Assembly: GCA_002780005.1 (NCBI GenBank)
Contig: PEWV01000060.1
Span: 1-63,392, forward strand
DNA length: 63,392 nt
Direction: 5' to 3'
Source of the DNA: Candidatus Aquitaenariimonas noxiae
GTDB taxonomy: Bacteria > Omnitrophota > Gorgyraeia > Aquitaenariimonadales > Aquitaenariimonadaceae
Below, piece by piece: positions 9,594-19,493 of this stretch. Both the position numbers and the translations under genes were made by a program. Numbering within the stretch: position 1 is the stretch's first letter; each line of letters starts with the position of its first letter. A model generated the notes under the pieces. That model made no database searches. It worked only from the letters and a program-made list of their open reading frames with translations, and was not told the origin of the DNA.

Positions 9594-11165
9594 TTAGGCC
9601 GTTTTCAAATGGCTTTTTGCCTTTTTAAGTTTTTGGTTAAATGGGCTTTTTTCAAACTCTATAGTCCATTTTTTTAGATAGCTCCAGCCTACGAATCTTA
9701 TCATGTAATTCCGCCACGAGCGATTCCATCTTTCCCATCCGATCTTGATATTATGCAAAAAGAAAATTATGCTGGGAAATAAAAATATTTTCAATCCTAG
9801 CATAAACATATATTTGAATTGATAGAACCTGGTCATAATTTTCCAGGCTGAAAGCTGCATTTCTTCGGCTGTGAGGGGTTTGTCGGGTTCGAAAAGCGGA
9901 AAATTGCCGTCATAATATTCCCAACCTATGTCTTTAAGCGAATAAAGTCTATTTTGCCTTTCCAGTCGATTTCGCAGCTCTGTCCCAGGTAAAGGAACCG
10001 GCAATAAAATTTGAATAGTATCAAGTTTCGCCTTACTGATGAATCTTCTAAAACGTTTTATTCTTTCTTCTGGCGGCATGAAAAAACTAACTCCTTCTTG
10101 GAGCGGGTAAGCAAATATAAACATGCCATGTGTGACAAATCCGAATTTATGAAATACTTTGGCCAAGGATACCATTTCATCAGGCTTAAGACGCTTGTTC
10201 ATAGCTTTTAATTCTTCTTCTATAGGAGATTCGAAACCTATCGCCACCGACAGAACATTTGCTTCTCGCATAGCCGAAAGGAGTTCCGTGTCTTTCGCCT
10301 TATCAAGCCTTATCTGAACGCCAAAAACAAGCCTTTTGCCTGTACTTTCCTGATATTTTTTGATCATCTTGCAAAATCTTATCGTATCTTCCCGATGCTG
10401 CCCAAAGAGGTCGTCGACTATAAAAAACTTACGCGCGCCCCTAGTTTCGGCAAGAGAGCTGATGCGCTCTAAGAGGCGTTCCGGAGACGCGTCCCTGGGC
10501 TTACCCTTAACTGTGCAGAATTCGCAATCCATGCCGCATCCCCTTATTCTTTCTACAGGGTAATTAATAATTTTAGCATACCGAACTAAAGAGAAGTCAG
10601 GTAAAGGCAGTTTGTCAAAATCGGTAATAGGCTCTCTTTTTTGAGTAAAAATAACATTACCGTTGTCGAGATAAGCTACGCCTTTTACCTCACTTATATC
10701 CCCTTTTCCTTCTAATGCCAAAATAAGTTCTTTAATAGTTTCTTCGCCTTCGCCTATAACCACATAATCAACACCTGAAACCAGGGCCTCGGGTATGTCG
10801 CCGTTGCTAAAATGTTGGCCTCCGGCAATAGTTATGACTCCTTTACTTTTATAAAAACGCGCAAGCTCATATAATCTTGGTATGGTGCTTGTTAACCCTC
10901 CGTATAAACCAATAATATCAGCCGGCCGTATGTTCTGCAAAAGTTCGTTATCAACCCCGCCTGAATCGCCCCTCGGTCCATATTTATCGAGGTTGTTCTC
11001 ATCTATAACTTCCGCATCCCATCTATCCATCCTGTTTATAATGCTCGCGACGCATATCGGGCCTAAAGCGGTGGTTCTTTTGGCAGAATAGGAATAAATA
11101 TTAATAGCCGGAAAAAGCGGGATTAACATTCTGAATCTATATCTTTTTTTGGATGAATTGATCAT
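9594..11165 (-). CDS. B12-binding domain radical SAM protein
   Basis: RGCGMDCEFC (CxxxCxxC), GGQH, VVIGEGE, FFIVDDLF, AIGFES. Confidence 0.9.
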   Translation of the reverse strand: MINSSKKRYRFRMLIPLFPAINIYSYSAKRTTALGPICVASIINRMDRWDAEVIDENNLDKYGPRGDSGGVDNELLQNIRPADIIGLYGGLTSTIPRLYELARFYKSKGVITIAGGQHFSNGDIPEALVSGVDYVVIGEGEETIKELILALEGKGDISEVKGVAYLDNGNVIFTQKREPITDFDKLPLPDFSLVRYAKIINYPVERIRGCGMDCEFCTVKGKPRDASPERLLERISSLAETRGARKFFIVDDLFGQHREDTIRFCKMIKKYQESTGKRLVFGVQIRLDKAKDTELLSAMREANVLSVAIGFESPIEEELKAMNKRLKPDEMVSLAKVFHKFGFVTHGMFIFAYPLQEGVSFFMPPEERIKRFRRFISKAKLDTIQILLPVPLPGTELRNRLERQNRLYSLKDIGWEYYDGNFPLFEPDKPLTAEEMQLSAWKIMTRFYQFKYMFMLGLKIFLFPSIIFFLHNIKIGWERWNRSWRNYMIRFVGWSYLKKWTIEFEKSPFNQKLKKAKSHLKTA

Positions 11166-11204
11166 GCGGGGCTCCTGTCCTTTGATTGGTTTGGTAGGTA
11201 CTCT

Positions 11205-11263
11205 AAAAAGAAAAACCGCAAGGCGAATACCCTTTGCCTTGCGGTTTGAGATGTTCTCCTCTT
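11205..11263 (-). promoter_or_regulatory. Leader hairpin/terminator (attenuator-like) upstream of the radical SAM gene
   Basis: CCGCAAGGC/GCCTTGCGG 9-bp stem followed by TTTTTCTTTTT, located between promoter and start codon. Confidence 0.6.
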
Positions 11264-11276
11264 TTGACTAACATTA

Positions 11277-11305
11277 AGTATATCTATTTTTCTTCATTTT
11301 GTCAA
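11277..11305 (-). promoter_or_regulatory. Sigma70 promoter
   Basis: TTGACA-N17-TATACT. Confidence 0.75.
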
Positions 11306-11416
11306 ATAATTTCAAAATTAATAAGACGGTAATTAAACCTTGTTTTATTTGATTTTTTCTTAGGATGGACGCTGATTTGACATAAAACCGCTTTTTTAGT
11401 TTTGATTGTATGAGAC

Positions 11417-11450
11417 AAAAAAAGGCCCAGTCTTTGGGGACTGGGCCTTT
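11417..11450 (-). terminator. Rho-independent terminator of the csp gene
   Basis: AAAGGCCCAGTC/GACTGGGCCTTT stem plus T-run. Confidence 0.85.
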
Positions 11451-11463
11451 CTGATTTGCCAGG

Positions 11464-11664
11464 TTATATCTTCTTTACGTTTTTAGCCTGTTCGCCTTTG
11501 GGACCCATCGCGACGTCAAACTCGACTTCTTGGCCCTCGCTTAAAGACTTAAAGCCATCACCTTGAATCTCGCTATGATGCACAAATACATCCTTGCCTT
11601 CTTCAGGAGTAATGAATCCAAAACCTTTGCTATCATTGAACCATTTTACTTTACCTTTTGCCAT
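11464..11664 (-). CDS. cspA: Cold-shock protein
   Basis: GKVKWFN, KGFGFI, DVFVHHS; 66 aa; strong SD. Confidence 0.97.
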   Translation of the reverse strand: MAKGKVKWFNDSKGFGFITPEEGKDVFVHHSEIQGDGFKSLSEGQEVEFDVAMGPKGEQAKNVKKI

Positions 11665-11715
11665 TATTTACTTTCCTCCTTTCCACATGAATTGCAGTAA
11701 GTTAAGAACAGAAAC

Positions 11716-11774
11716 AAAAAAAACCGTCAGGCAAGCTTCTTTCTGCCTCACGGCCCAAGATATCTATTCCTCTT
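11716..11774 (-). promoter_or_regulatory. csp 5' leader with hairpin and U8 tract (attenuator-like)
   Basis: CCGTGAGGCA/TGCCTGACGG stem followed by T8. Confidence 0.65.
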
Positions 11775-11785
11775 ACCACGGAAGT

Positions 11786-11814
11786 ATTATACCGTATCTA
11801 GTCCTGTTTGTCAA
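11786..11814 (-). promoter_or_regulatory. Consensus sigma70 promoter of csp
   Basis: TTGACA-N17-TATAAT, perfect match. Confidence 0.85.
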
Positions 11815-11832
11815 GATATAAGTTATAATACT

Positions 11833-12864
11833 TTAAAAAATTTTCCTAACATGTTGTCCGATATGGCGTTCTGTAAACTGAATGACCTGGCTCATTGTTT
11901 TGACGGCTTCCGCGGGATGGGCCCCGACAGACGTTTCCGCGGAGAGCATGAGATAATCAGAGCCGTCTATAACGGCATTAGCCACATCACTTACCTCTGC
12001 CCTTGTGGGCCTCGGATTCTCGGTCATGCTCTCAAGCATTTGGGTTGCGGTTATCACGAACTTGCCGGCTCGGTTGCACTTCCGTATAATCTGCTTCTGA
12101 ACTATCGGGACTTCATAAATAGGGATAGAAACACCCATATCCCCGCGCGCGATCATTATGCCGTCTGATGCGTCGATTATTTCATCAATGTTTTTAATGC
12201 CTTCCCGGTTTTCAATTTTTGCTATAAGTTTGCACTTGGGCAAGCCTCTGCTTATCAAAGACTTGATCTTCAGAATATCCTCCTTAGTGCGCACGAAGGA
12301 TTGCGCCACATAATCAAGGTTATGACTTATGCAAAAAAGTATATCCATTTTATCTTTTTCGGTAATAACAGGAAATTCCAGCCTCGCGCCGGGAATGTTC
12401 AGTCCTTTGCGCTCTTTAAGCAGCCCTCCTATAATTACGCGGGTTTTTAAGTTACTTTTCCCGCGGCCTTCTACCAAAAGGACTATATTTCCGTCGTCAA
12501 TATAAATATCCTGTCTTGCTTTTATAGCCTTTAAATCGCCTGCGTAATCAAACGAAATGATCTCGCGCGTTCCTATGACTTTTTTTTGCGTCAGGTAAAT
12601 AACCTGATTCTTTTTAAGCTCGATAGGCTTACGCAATCTGCCGATGCGAATACGGTTACCCTCGAGGTCACCCAATATCCTTACATGGCGAGCGTATTTT
12701 TTATTTAGTTCTCTTACCAATTGTATATTATCACGACATTCCTGGAGGCTTCCGTGAGAAAAATTCAATCTTGCCATATCCATGCCTGCGCGCATCATTT
12801 TAAGCAAAACGATTATCTTGTTTGACGCCGGCCCTAAAGTGCAGATTATTTTAGCGTTTGTCAT
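11833..12864 (-). CDS. pyk: Pyruvate kinase (short form lacking the C-terminal domain)
   Basis: [48 protein letters not shown]. Confidence 0.95.
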   Translation of the reverse strand: MTNAKIICTLGPASNKIIVLLKMMRAGMDMARLNFSHGSLQECRDNIQLVRELNKKYARHVRILGDLEGNRIRIGRLRKPIELKKNQVIYLTQKKVIGTREIISFDYAGDLKAIKARQDIYIDDGNIVLLVEGRGKSNLKTRVIIGGLLKERKGLNIPGARLEFPVITEKDKMDILFCISHNLDYVAQSFVRTKEDILKIKSLISRGLPKCKLIAKIENREGIKNIDEIIDASDGIMIARGDMGVSIPIYEVPIVQKQIIRKCNRAGKFVITATQMLESMTENPRPTRAEVSDVANAVIDGSDYLMLSAETSVGAHPAEAVKTMSQVIQFTERHIGQHVRKIF

Positions 12865-12880
12865 TTATAGCTTTGCCTTT

Positions 12881-13654
12881 TTATATAATGCCTATACCTA
12901 AAGCAATAGCGATAGTGATCAATAATATCGCGACGATAAGCCGTATCACCCGCATTGTAATTTTATTAAGCAAACGATTCCCTATAAATGCCCCTAGAAA
13001 TGCCGAGAGGATGGCTGACATTAATAAGACCATACTATTGCTTTTGATTATAGAGGGAAAATACCCGCTGTAAATAAAAATCCTGGAAAAATCTACCAGG
13101 CAGGAAATAGCAACACCTGTCGCGATAAAAGATTCTTTGCCCAATCCGCTCTTCATAAGAAACGCGCTGCGCAAGGCACCCTGGTGCCCGGAAAGCCCGC
13201 CGAAAAAACCGCTTAAAATACCGCCCAGAGGCAGATATTTTTTCTGAAATGATAACTTTTCAAATCTCGGAGCTATTTCAATAAATGCAAAAAGTATCAT
13301 CAATATAGCTACTATAAGTTTAACCGGGGTAATTTTGAAAATATAACCGGATAATTGATATTGAACTAACGGTTTTAATTCAGAAAGCCAAAACAGGACT
13401 TTTGCTCCGGCTATAGCCGCCAAAACAGCCGGTATTCCAAATTGAAATACAGCTTTTCTATCGGCGTATCTGCCTAATAAAATAAATTTAAAAATATTAT
13501 TAGACAAATGAACTATCGCGGTAAGGGTGACTGCTATATATATAGGGAAGAATACCGCAAAAACCGGCAAGAGGACCGTTCCCAACCCAAAACCGGAAAA
13601 AAGGGATAGTCCTGAAATCAGAAACGCTACGGAACAGATTATGAAATATTCCAT
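12881..13654 (-). CDS. TauE/SafE (TSUP) family membrane transporter
   Basis: SGFGLG and GGLSGHQGALR motifs; multi-TM. Confidence 0.85.
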   Translation of the reverse strand: MEYFIICSVAFLISGLSLFSGFGLGTVLLPVFAVFFPIYIAVTLTAIVHLSNNIFKFILLGRYADRKAVFQFGIPAVLAAIAGAKVLFWLSELKPLVQYQLSGYIFKITPVKLIVAILMILFAFIEIAPRFEKLSFQKKYLPLGGILSGFFGGLSGHQGALRSAFLMKSGLGKESFIATGVAISCLVDFSRIFIYSGYFPSIIKSNSMVLLMSAILSAFLGAFIGNRLLNKITMRVIRLIVAILLITIAIALGIGII

Positions 13655-14512
13655 TTACATAAAGTCCTTAAAGACGCCTGCTATATCTACATTTTCAATA
13701 TTCGCTTCTGCTAAAGGAGTCCATTTATCGATCCCACTTCGCTCTTCATATGTTTCTTTATCGGATCTGTAAATAATACCTATAGGAATTTTGTCGCCCC
13801 ATTCAGCGGCTTTCTGGTAAGCCAATACCTTGTCCTGCGGGTTATATAGAGGGTCATCATTAACTTTGTATACTCTTTTCGTATACCATTCATATGTATT
13901 TTTTTTATTATAGGTAACACAGGGTTGTAATACATCTATCAAAGAAAAACCTTTGTGTTTTATGCCTTCCGATATAAGCCACGAAAGGTGTTCGGAATTT
14001 GCCACATACCCTCTAGCGACAAACCCGCAACCGAGCGAAATCGCTATCTCCAGCGGGTGGATAGGCTCTATAATAACGCCTTTCGTTTGCACTTTAGTTT
14101 CATAACCTAGATCTGTCGTGGGCGAAGCCTGTCCTTTAGTCAATCCATAAACCTGATTATTGTGGACGATAACCGTTATGTCGACGTTCCTTCTTATATT
14201 ATGTATAAAATGATTTCCGCCCTCACCGTAGCAATCCCCGTCCCCGGTTGTAACCAACACCGTCAAGTTAGGGTTGACGATCTTTGCAGCTACTGCCGGA
14301 GGAATGGCCCTTCCATGAAGACCGTTAAAGCAGTTGCACTTTATATAATGGGGGAGTTTTGCAGCCTGGCCTATTCCTGAAACAAGTAAAACGTCTTTAG
14401 GGGGCCGGCCTAATGCAACTAACGCCTTCTTAAGCGCGTTCAAGATCCCAAAATCGCCGCACCCTGGGCACCATGCGATTCCGTCATTACTTTTAAAATC
14501 ATTTATATTCAT
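13655..14512 (-). CDS. korB: 2-oxoacid:ferredoxin oxidoreductase beta subunit
   Basis: WCPGCGDF, HGRA, GDGD, NNQVYGLTKGQ, QPC. Confidence 0.95.
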   Translation of the reverse strand: MNINDFKSNDGIAWCPGCGDFGILNALKKALVALGRPPKDVLLVSGIGQAAKLPHYIKCNCFNGLHGRAIPPAVAAKIVNPNLTVLVTTGDGDCYGEGGNHFIHNIRRNVDITVIVHNNQVYGLTKGQASPTTDLGYETKVQTKGVIIEPIHPLEIAISLGCGFVARGYVANSEHLSWLISEGIKHKGFSLIDVLQPCVTYNKKNTYEWYTKRVYKVNDDPLYNPQDKVLAYQKAAEWGDKIPIGIIYRSDKETYEERSGIDKWTPLAEANIENVDIAGVFKDFM

Positions 14513-16221
14513 TAGATATCTCTCTTGCTCAATTGCGCATTAAGATAATCCAGATCAAAAGGCCTTCCGTCAAAACGCAGCACCGAACCGCTAACCTTAA
14601 TACCCGTCTCCCTCATAAGGAGTCTGGCAAGCTGCCCTGCTGCATTGTTTTCCACAGTAATAATATTCTTCTTGCCATTCAATAATCGGGTTATTTCCTG
14701 GGTGGGAAACGGCCAAACCTGAGACAGGTGCACAAAGCCGATATTTTCATTAGAGGTTTCGCAGACTTCTTTTATTGCGCCATAGGTCGAGCCAAACCCC
14801 AAGAGAATAGTCTTCGCTTTAACAAGATTATACGCGGCAGGCTGTTCGATCTCCCGGGCCAGGGCGTTCATTTTCTTATAAAATCTTTTTTCAACCATTT
14901 TTATGCGTATATCGGCTTCTTCTGTAATGTGCCCCTCTTCATTGTGCTCGTCGCTGTCTACGTATATAACATCCTCTATCCATGACGGTATGGCGCGCGG
15001 AGAGACCCCAGATTCGGTGAATTGATATCTTTTATAACCGGTTATTTTTTTAGACTCAGACCGCGAGATTATATGTCTTTGTATCTTTACTTTATTTAGA
15101 TCAAAGGCCTCGATATCGCGTATCGAATCGGCCAGATGCTGGTCGGTCATTATCAAAACCGGTATCTGATATTCTTCCGCGATATTAAAAGCTTTGATCG
15201 TCAAATAAAACGCGTCTTCTATCGTGCCGGGAGTGTATACTACCCTTGCGAATTCTCCGTGACCGGCGTGAATGAGAAAATCTAGATCCGATTGCTCGGT
15301 TCTGGTCGGGAAACCTGTCGCAGGGGCAGGCCTCTGCGCATCTACTATTACAACAGGGGTCTCGGTCATTCCGGCAAGGCTCAAGCCTTCTACCATAAGC
15401 GCGAACCCGCCTCCGGATGTAGCTGTCATAGAGCGCGATCCTCCATAGGAAGCGCCCAATGCCATATTTATGGCGGCGATCTCATCTTCAGCCTGTTCTA
15501 CCACAATATTAAATCTTCCGGCATAATGCGCAATAGTATTCATAATACTCGTGGAAGGCGTCATGGGATATGCAGAGTAGAATTTGCAGCCTGCCCTTAT
15601 GGCCCCCAGCGCGATCGCTTCATTGCCGTCTATCAACAATGTATTTTTTGCTGAGGAAGCTTTTGGTTTATTTTTTTCTTTGCCGGGCTTATTTTTAGCG
15701 AAATCGTAACCGGCTCTTGCCGCGGAAACATTTTTTTTGATGCTCTCGTCACCCTTGCCGGCAAAAATATCTTTGATGGCCTCTTCAAGATATGCGAATT
15801 CTAATCGGTTTATTCCGGCAATAACTCCGCAAGAAACCGTGCTTATGAAAATATCGCTTCCGCCCACGCTTACCGCTAGCTCGTACAAGGGCACATCGAA
15901 AAAGGTTTTGTCGTCTTCGGGAATATCAAATTTCTTTTTATCTAAGACTATTATCCCACCCTCGTTCAAATTTGCTTTATGTATAGCGACACTTTGTTTG
16001 TCCAGAGCTATAACGATATCGGATTTTTTTCGAAGGGAAAAAATTTGACTGTCTGCAACTCTGAGCTGAAAAAAATTATTGCCTCCGCGCACCCTGGACA
16101 TATAATCCTGGTTCGCGAAAATATTATACCCGGCTTTTTTAAATATCCGGCACAATGCCGCGCCGATAGTTTGCATTCCTTGGCCGGCTTCACCGGCTAT
16201 TTTTATAGTAAATTCGTTCAT
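14512..16221 (-). CDS. korA: 2-oxoacid:ferredoxin oxidoreductase alpha subunit (gamma-alpha fusion)
   Basis: GEAGQG, YPMTP, EDEIAA, TSGGG; start set at MNEF (track start is 16230). Confidence 0.95.
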   Translation of the reverse strand: MNEFTIKIAGEAGQGMQTIGAALCRIFKKAGYNIFANQDYMSRVRGGNNFFQLRVADSQIFSLRKKSDIVIALDKQSVAIHKANLNEGGIIVLDKKKFDIPEDDKTFFDVPLYELAVSVGGSDIFISTVSCGVIAGINRLEFAYLEEAIKDIFAGKGDESIKKNVSAARAGYDFAKNKPGKEKNKPKASSAKNTLLIDGNEAIALGAIRAGCKFYSAYPMTPSTSIMNTIAHYAGRFNIVVEQAEDEIAAINMALGASYGGSRSMTATSGGGFALMVEGLSLAGMTETPVVIVDAQRPAPATGFPTRTEQSDLDFLIHAGHGEFARVVYTPGTIEDAFYLTIKAFNIAEEYQIPVLIMTDQHLADSIRDIEAFDLNKVKIQRHIISRSESKKITGYKRYQFTESGVSPRAIPSWIEDVIYVDSDEHNEEGHITEEADIRIKMVEKRFYKKMNALAREIEQPAAYNLVKAKTILLGFGSTYGAIKEVCETSNENIGFVHLSQVWPFPTQEITRLLNGKKNIITVENNAAGQLARLLMRETGIKVSGSVLRFDGRPFDLDYLNAQLSKRDI

Positions 16222-16248
16222 AGCCCTCAAGCCCTGAATCTTGCCCCT

Positions 16249-16437
16249 TTATTCCTCTATCATTATAGCACTAGCTGGGCATTCTTGGGCTGCATTTTTA
16301 CAAGCCTCCTTAAAAGCATCCGGAACAGGATTTTTATACGCTATGGATTTACCGTCTTTCATTTTAAACACTCCCGGGCAGGTTTGAGTGCATAGAGTGC
16401 ATCCGATGCATATTTCCGGGTCAACAGAAGCTTTCAT
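16249..16437 (-). CDS. Ferredoxin (single 4Fe-4S)
   Basis: CIGCTLCTQTCP ... ECP. Confidence 0.92.
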   Translation of the reverse strand: MKASVDPEICIGCTLCTQTCPGVFKMKDGKSIAYKNPVPDAFKEACKNAAQECPASAIMIEE

Positions 16438-16979
16438 TATAAATACTCCTTTTCGGCTTTCTCAACCAGCTTTTTATACTTTTCATGAATAAGCGTTCGA
16501 TCAAATGCTTCAAATCTGGAAAGCATCTCATCTTGCTCATTCTTGGTAAAATAGGTCATCGATGAAACAAAAAATTGTTTATCCTCTTTTTTAATATGGC
16601 TGGTATATAAATCAACTAGTTTTTTCAAGCATTCTTTGATCTCGCGCACCGTATCAGGATTTTCCCTCTGGCATCCTGTTTTTGCAGTCTCCAACTTCCC
16701 TATCAACTCTCTTGCGCGGGCATGATCTTGCATTAGATCTGCCATCATTTTTTTATGCTCGCTAGAAAGCGGCCTAGTCCCCAGGTCTTTAAACATAATA
16801 TCTTCTTCTTTCCCATGGTGGCATCGATCGGCATAGGATTTAAAAAAATCCACAGCAACGCAGATAAGGTTTATATTAATCTGCTCTTTGGATCCTGCCC
16901 TTTCGGACTCCTTTTTTAACAAAGAGACCATGCGGTCAATAATCCTATGCTCTATCATCAATTGCCCTATTGGAAGCAT
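16437..16979 (-). CDS. Hemerythrin/HHE domain protein
   Basis: EH, HHGKEED, DH, HIKKED motifs. Confidence 0.9.
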   Translation of the reverse strand: MLPIGQLMIEHRIIDRMVSLLKKESERAGSKEQININLICVAVDFFKSYADRCHHGKEEDIMFKDLGTRPLSSEHKKMMADLMQDHARARELIGKLETAKTGCQRENPDTVREIKECLKKLVDLYTSHIKKEDKQFFVSSMTYFTKNEQDEMLSRFEAFDRTLIHEKYKKLVEKAEKEYL

Positions 16980-17025
16980 AATTTTTAATATATCCTAAGT
17001 ATAAGTTTTTTATAAATATAGGCTA

Positions 17026-17433
17026 CTACGCGCCGAATAACTTGGTAATGCTGAATTTTCCCGAACCCATGAAGAGTAAGGAAATAAGCCCGCATAAAAT
17101 AACAAAATTGTATTCCCATCCACCGTTAGTGATAAAAAAGCCTTTGCTAAGGTGAACTGTGGCTACTGCGACTAGCATAAAGATGATGAGCGGAACGCAT
17201 GCTATCCTTGTAATCAATCCCAATATCAGGCATAAGCCGCCTATCAAACATGTGTAGGACGCGAGGATCGACCAAAATAGTGGTTGTATAAAACCCATTC
17301 CCCCTAACATTTTTGAAAAGCCACCAACGCCAGGTCCTTTATATAATCCGAATACCATCTGTAATCCGTGAGCCGTAAACATGATACCTAACCCAAGTCT
17401 CAAAATTAAAATTCCCCAATCCATACTATTCAT
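17026..17433 (-). CDS. DoxX family membrane protein
   Basis: LRLGLG..AHG, GLITR, GWEYN motifs. Confidence 0.9.
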   Translation of the reverse strand: MNSMDWGILILRLGLGIMFTAHGLQMVFGLYKGPGVGGFSKMLGGMGFIQPLFWSILASYTCLIGGLCLILGLITRIACVPLIIFMLVAVATVHLSKGFFITNGGWEYNFVILCGLISLLFMGSGKFSITKLFGA

Positions 17434-18562
17434 CTCCTTTTATTAACCCTTTTATTAACCCTTTTATTATACCAAATTTATTCCTCCAATTGAAAGAACG
17501 ATAAACACACATTATGAAATGAAAGATAGTAGGCAAAAGGCCTTTTAAATTAAAACCCATTATTACGCCGCAGGACCTGTTATTTGCCATAGGGATAATA
17601 TAACCCATGTCTATCGGGCGATATTTTTTAAGCTTACGGCCTTTTATACTGTTTATTATATTTTTGGCCGCGAGATCTCCTTCTACTATGGAAAATTGCA
17701 TAGCCATCCTTAAATAAGCGTTATTATATGAAAAAAACGCCGCATCACCCGCCGCAAAGCAGTTCTCGTTCAATCTTAAAAACTCATCTACCTTTATCCT
17801 CCCTTGGGGATTTTTATCTACCGTTAAGTTCTGTATAAATGCGGCTGTTTTCACGCCTGCTGCCCAGATCACAACGGCGTTATCAAAAACCCTTGCGCCT
17901 GAAACATAAACTTTTTCCCCATCTATTTTTTCAATCGCGCTGTCAACAAATACCTCCACATCTAAAACTTTAAGATTATCGGATACATATTTTTTCATCC
18001 ATTCCGGGAGGGGGCCCAGAATCGAAGGCGCGCGCTCGACAATGACCACTTTACCTGCCTTTTTATCTTTTCCGAGAAAGCACCTCAAGTTAGTCGCGAC
18101 CTCTACGCCTGTATATCCTCCTCCGCCGATGATGTACGCGCTGTACGCATCCCCCTTTAATACCCTGCAAATCGTTCTGACATCATTTGCGTCATCGAGT
18201 TTATAGGCGTATTTTTGTATATTTTCATTGCCATAAAAATTAGTTTCGCTGCCGCTGGCGATCAAAAGAAAATCATAGCTTAAGACCCTGTTTTTAAGCG
18301 TTACTTCTTTTTTGTAAAAATCTACCGCTGTTACCTCGTCATTTATGAACTGAAATCGCAGTCTCTGCGCCATGTCTGTTATATCATAGGTTAAATATTG
18401 AGGCTCTATACCCCTGCCTAAACAGTCAGGCAGGGTAGGCAAAAAGTCTGAACCCTGTTTCTTGTCGATAAGTGTTATTTCAATGTTCGGATCAGACTTG
18501 CGAAGCCTTCTTGCCGCGAATAAGCCGGAGAATCCTCCGCCTATTATAACAACTCTTCTCAT
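17426..18562 (-). CDS. NDH-2-like NAD(P)H/FAD-dependent oxidoreductase
   Basis: GGGFSG, second Rossmann GGGYTGVE, WAAGV, AGD. Confidence 0.85.
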   Translation of the reverse strand: MRRVVIIGGGFSGLFAARRLRKSDPNIEITLIDKKQGSDFLPTLPDCLGRGIEPQYLTYDITDMAQRLRFQFINDEVTAVDFYKKEVTLKNRVLSYDFLLIASGSETNFYGNENIQKYAYKLDDANDVRTICRVLKGDAYSAYIIGGGGYTGVEVATNLRCFLGKDKKAGKVVIVERAPSILGPLPEWMKKYVSDNLKVLDVEVFVDSAIEKIDGEKVYVSGARVFDNAVVIWAAGVKTAAFIQNLTVDKNPQGRIKVDEFLRLNENCFAAGDAAFFSYNNAYLRMAMQFSIVEGDLAAKNIINSIKGRKLKKYRPIDMGYIIPMANNRSCGVIMGFNLKGLLPTIFHFIMCVYRSFNWRNKFGIIKGLIKGLIKGDE

Positions 18563-19470
18563 AAGATCACCACTATGATCAAGATCACGCTTGCAAAAAC
18601 GTGCATGGCAATAGTTAGTTTTGCCGACTCGACTAATTTTATTTTTTCTTTAGGGTATTTTTTAAATATTCCTGCCGATCTGACCGCGACAGGAACAAGA
18701 ACGAAAGTAAAAAGTGCCAGCGGGGAAATATACCCCGAAGTGACACTAAATAATATGGACAAAAAAGCAAAACATACCAGTGCCAAATAAATTATATACG
18801 CCCTGTCATTGCCTAAAATACCCACCCAGGTAAGCTTGCCCGACTTTTTATCGTTCTCGAAATCCGGGATCTCGTTCCCATATAAAATAGCCGTTGTGAA
18901 AAATCCGAAAGGTAGCGAAAGTATAAAGCTTTTAAGGTCCGGAAATATTCCTGTTTGAATAAAATACCCACCCATAACCAAGACCGGGCCAAAAAGAATA
19001 AAGACTACGATCTCTCCCATTCTATGGTATGAAAGTTGAAGCGGTTTAAGCGAATATGACCAACTCAAAAAAAATATAAATAAAAAGATGCCTATTATTA
19101 ATAGACTATTTGAAATTAAGGCGAGCGCGACCGCCGAAACGGCTGAAATAAGGGCAAAGAATGCGCCTAGCCATAAATAGAATACCTCTGAAAGCACACC
19201 CTCCTGGATCAGTTTAGATCCGCCGAAAAACTTGTAGAATCCCAGGTCCTGCCAATCCGCCAGGCTCTTAGAGTCGGCATAATCATTTATAAGATTCGCG
19301 CTTAAATGCATGGATAGGGCGACGGTTATTCCGAGTATAAATTTTATTAGATCAAAGTGCTGTTTATCGATCAATGAACCGAAAATAAAAGGGAGCGCGG
19401 TTGCGGCGGCAAAAGGCAATCTTAATGCCCTTGCAAGATCTTTAACGCAAAATTTCGTTTGTCTTGCCAT
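18559..19470 (-). CDS. menA: MenA-like DHNA prenyltransferase (UbiA family)
   Basis: NLINDYAD, GEIVVFILFGP, NEIPDFENDKKSGKLT. Confidence 0.8.
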   Translation of the reverse strand: MARQTKFCVKDLARALRLPFAAATALPFIFGSLIDKQHFDLIKFILGITVALSMHLSANLINDYADSKSLADWQDLGFYKFFGGSKLIQEGVLSEVFYLWLGAFFALISAVSAVALALISNSLLIIGIFLFIFFLSWSYSLKPLQLSYHRMGEIVVFILFGPVLVMGGYFIQTGIFPDLKSFILSLPFGFFTTAILYGNEIPDFENDKKSGKLTWVGILGNDRAYIIYLALVCFAFLSILFSVTSGYISPLALFTFVLVPVAVRSAGIFKKYPKEKIKLVESAKLTIAMHVFASVILIIVVIL

Positions 19471-19493
19471 TGGCCATATGTTAGCATATTCTC

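Noticed and set aside
11203-11274. 23-aa leader peptide (MLVKRGEH...) in the radical SAM leader
   Set aside because: ATG lies about 2 nt after the -10 hexamer, upstream of the likely TSS; no SD and no regulatory codon run
17439-17473. 12-bp tandem repeat encoding (I/L)IKG x3 at the NDH-2 C-terminus
   Set aside because: In-frame micro-duplication consistent with an amphipathic tail; no sign of a separate function
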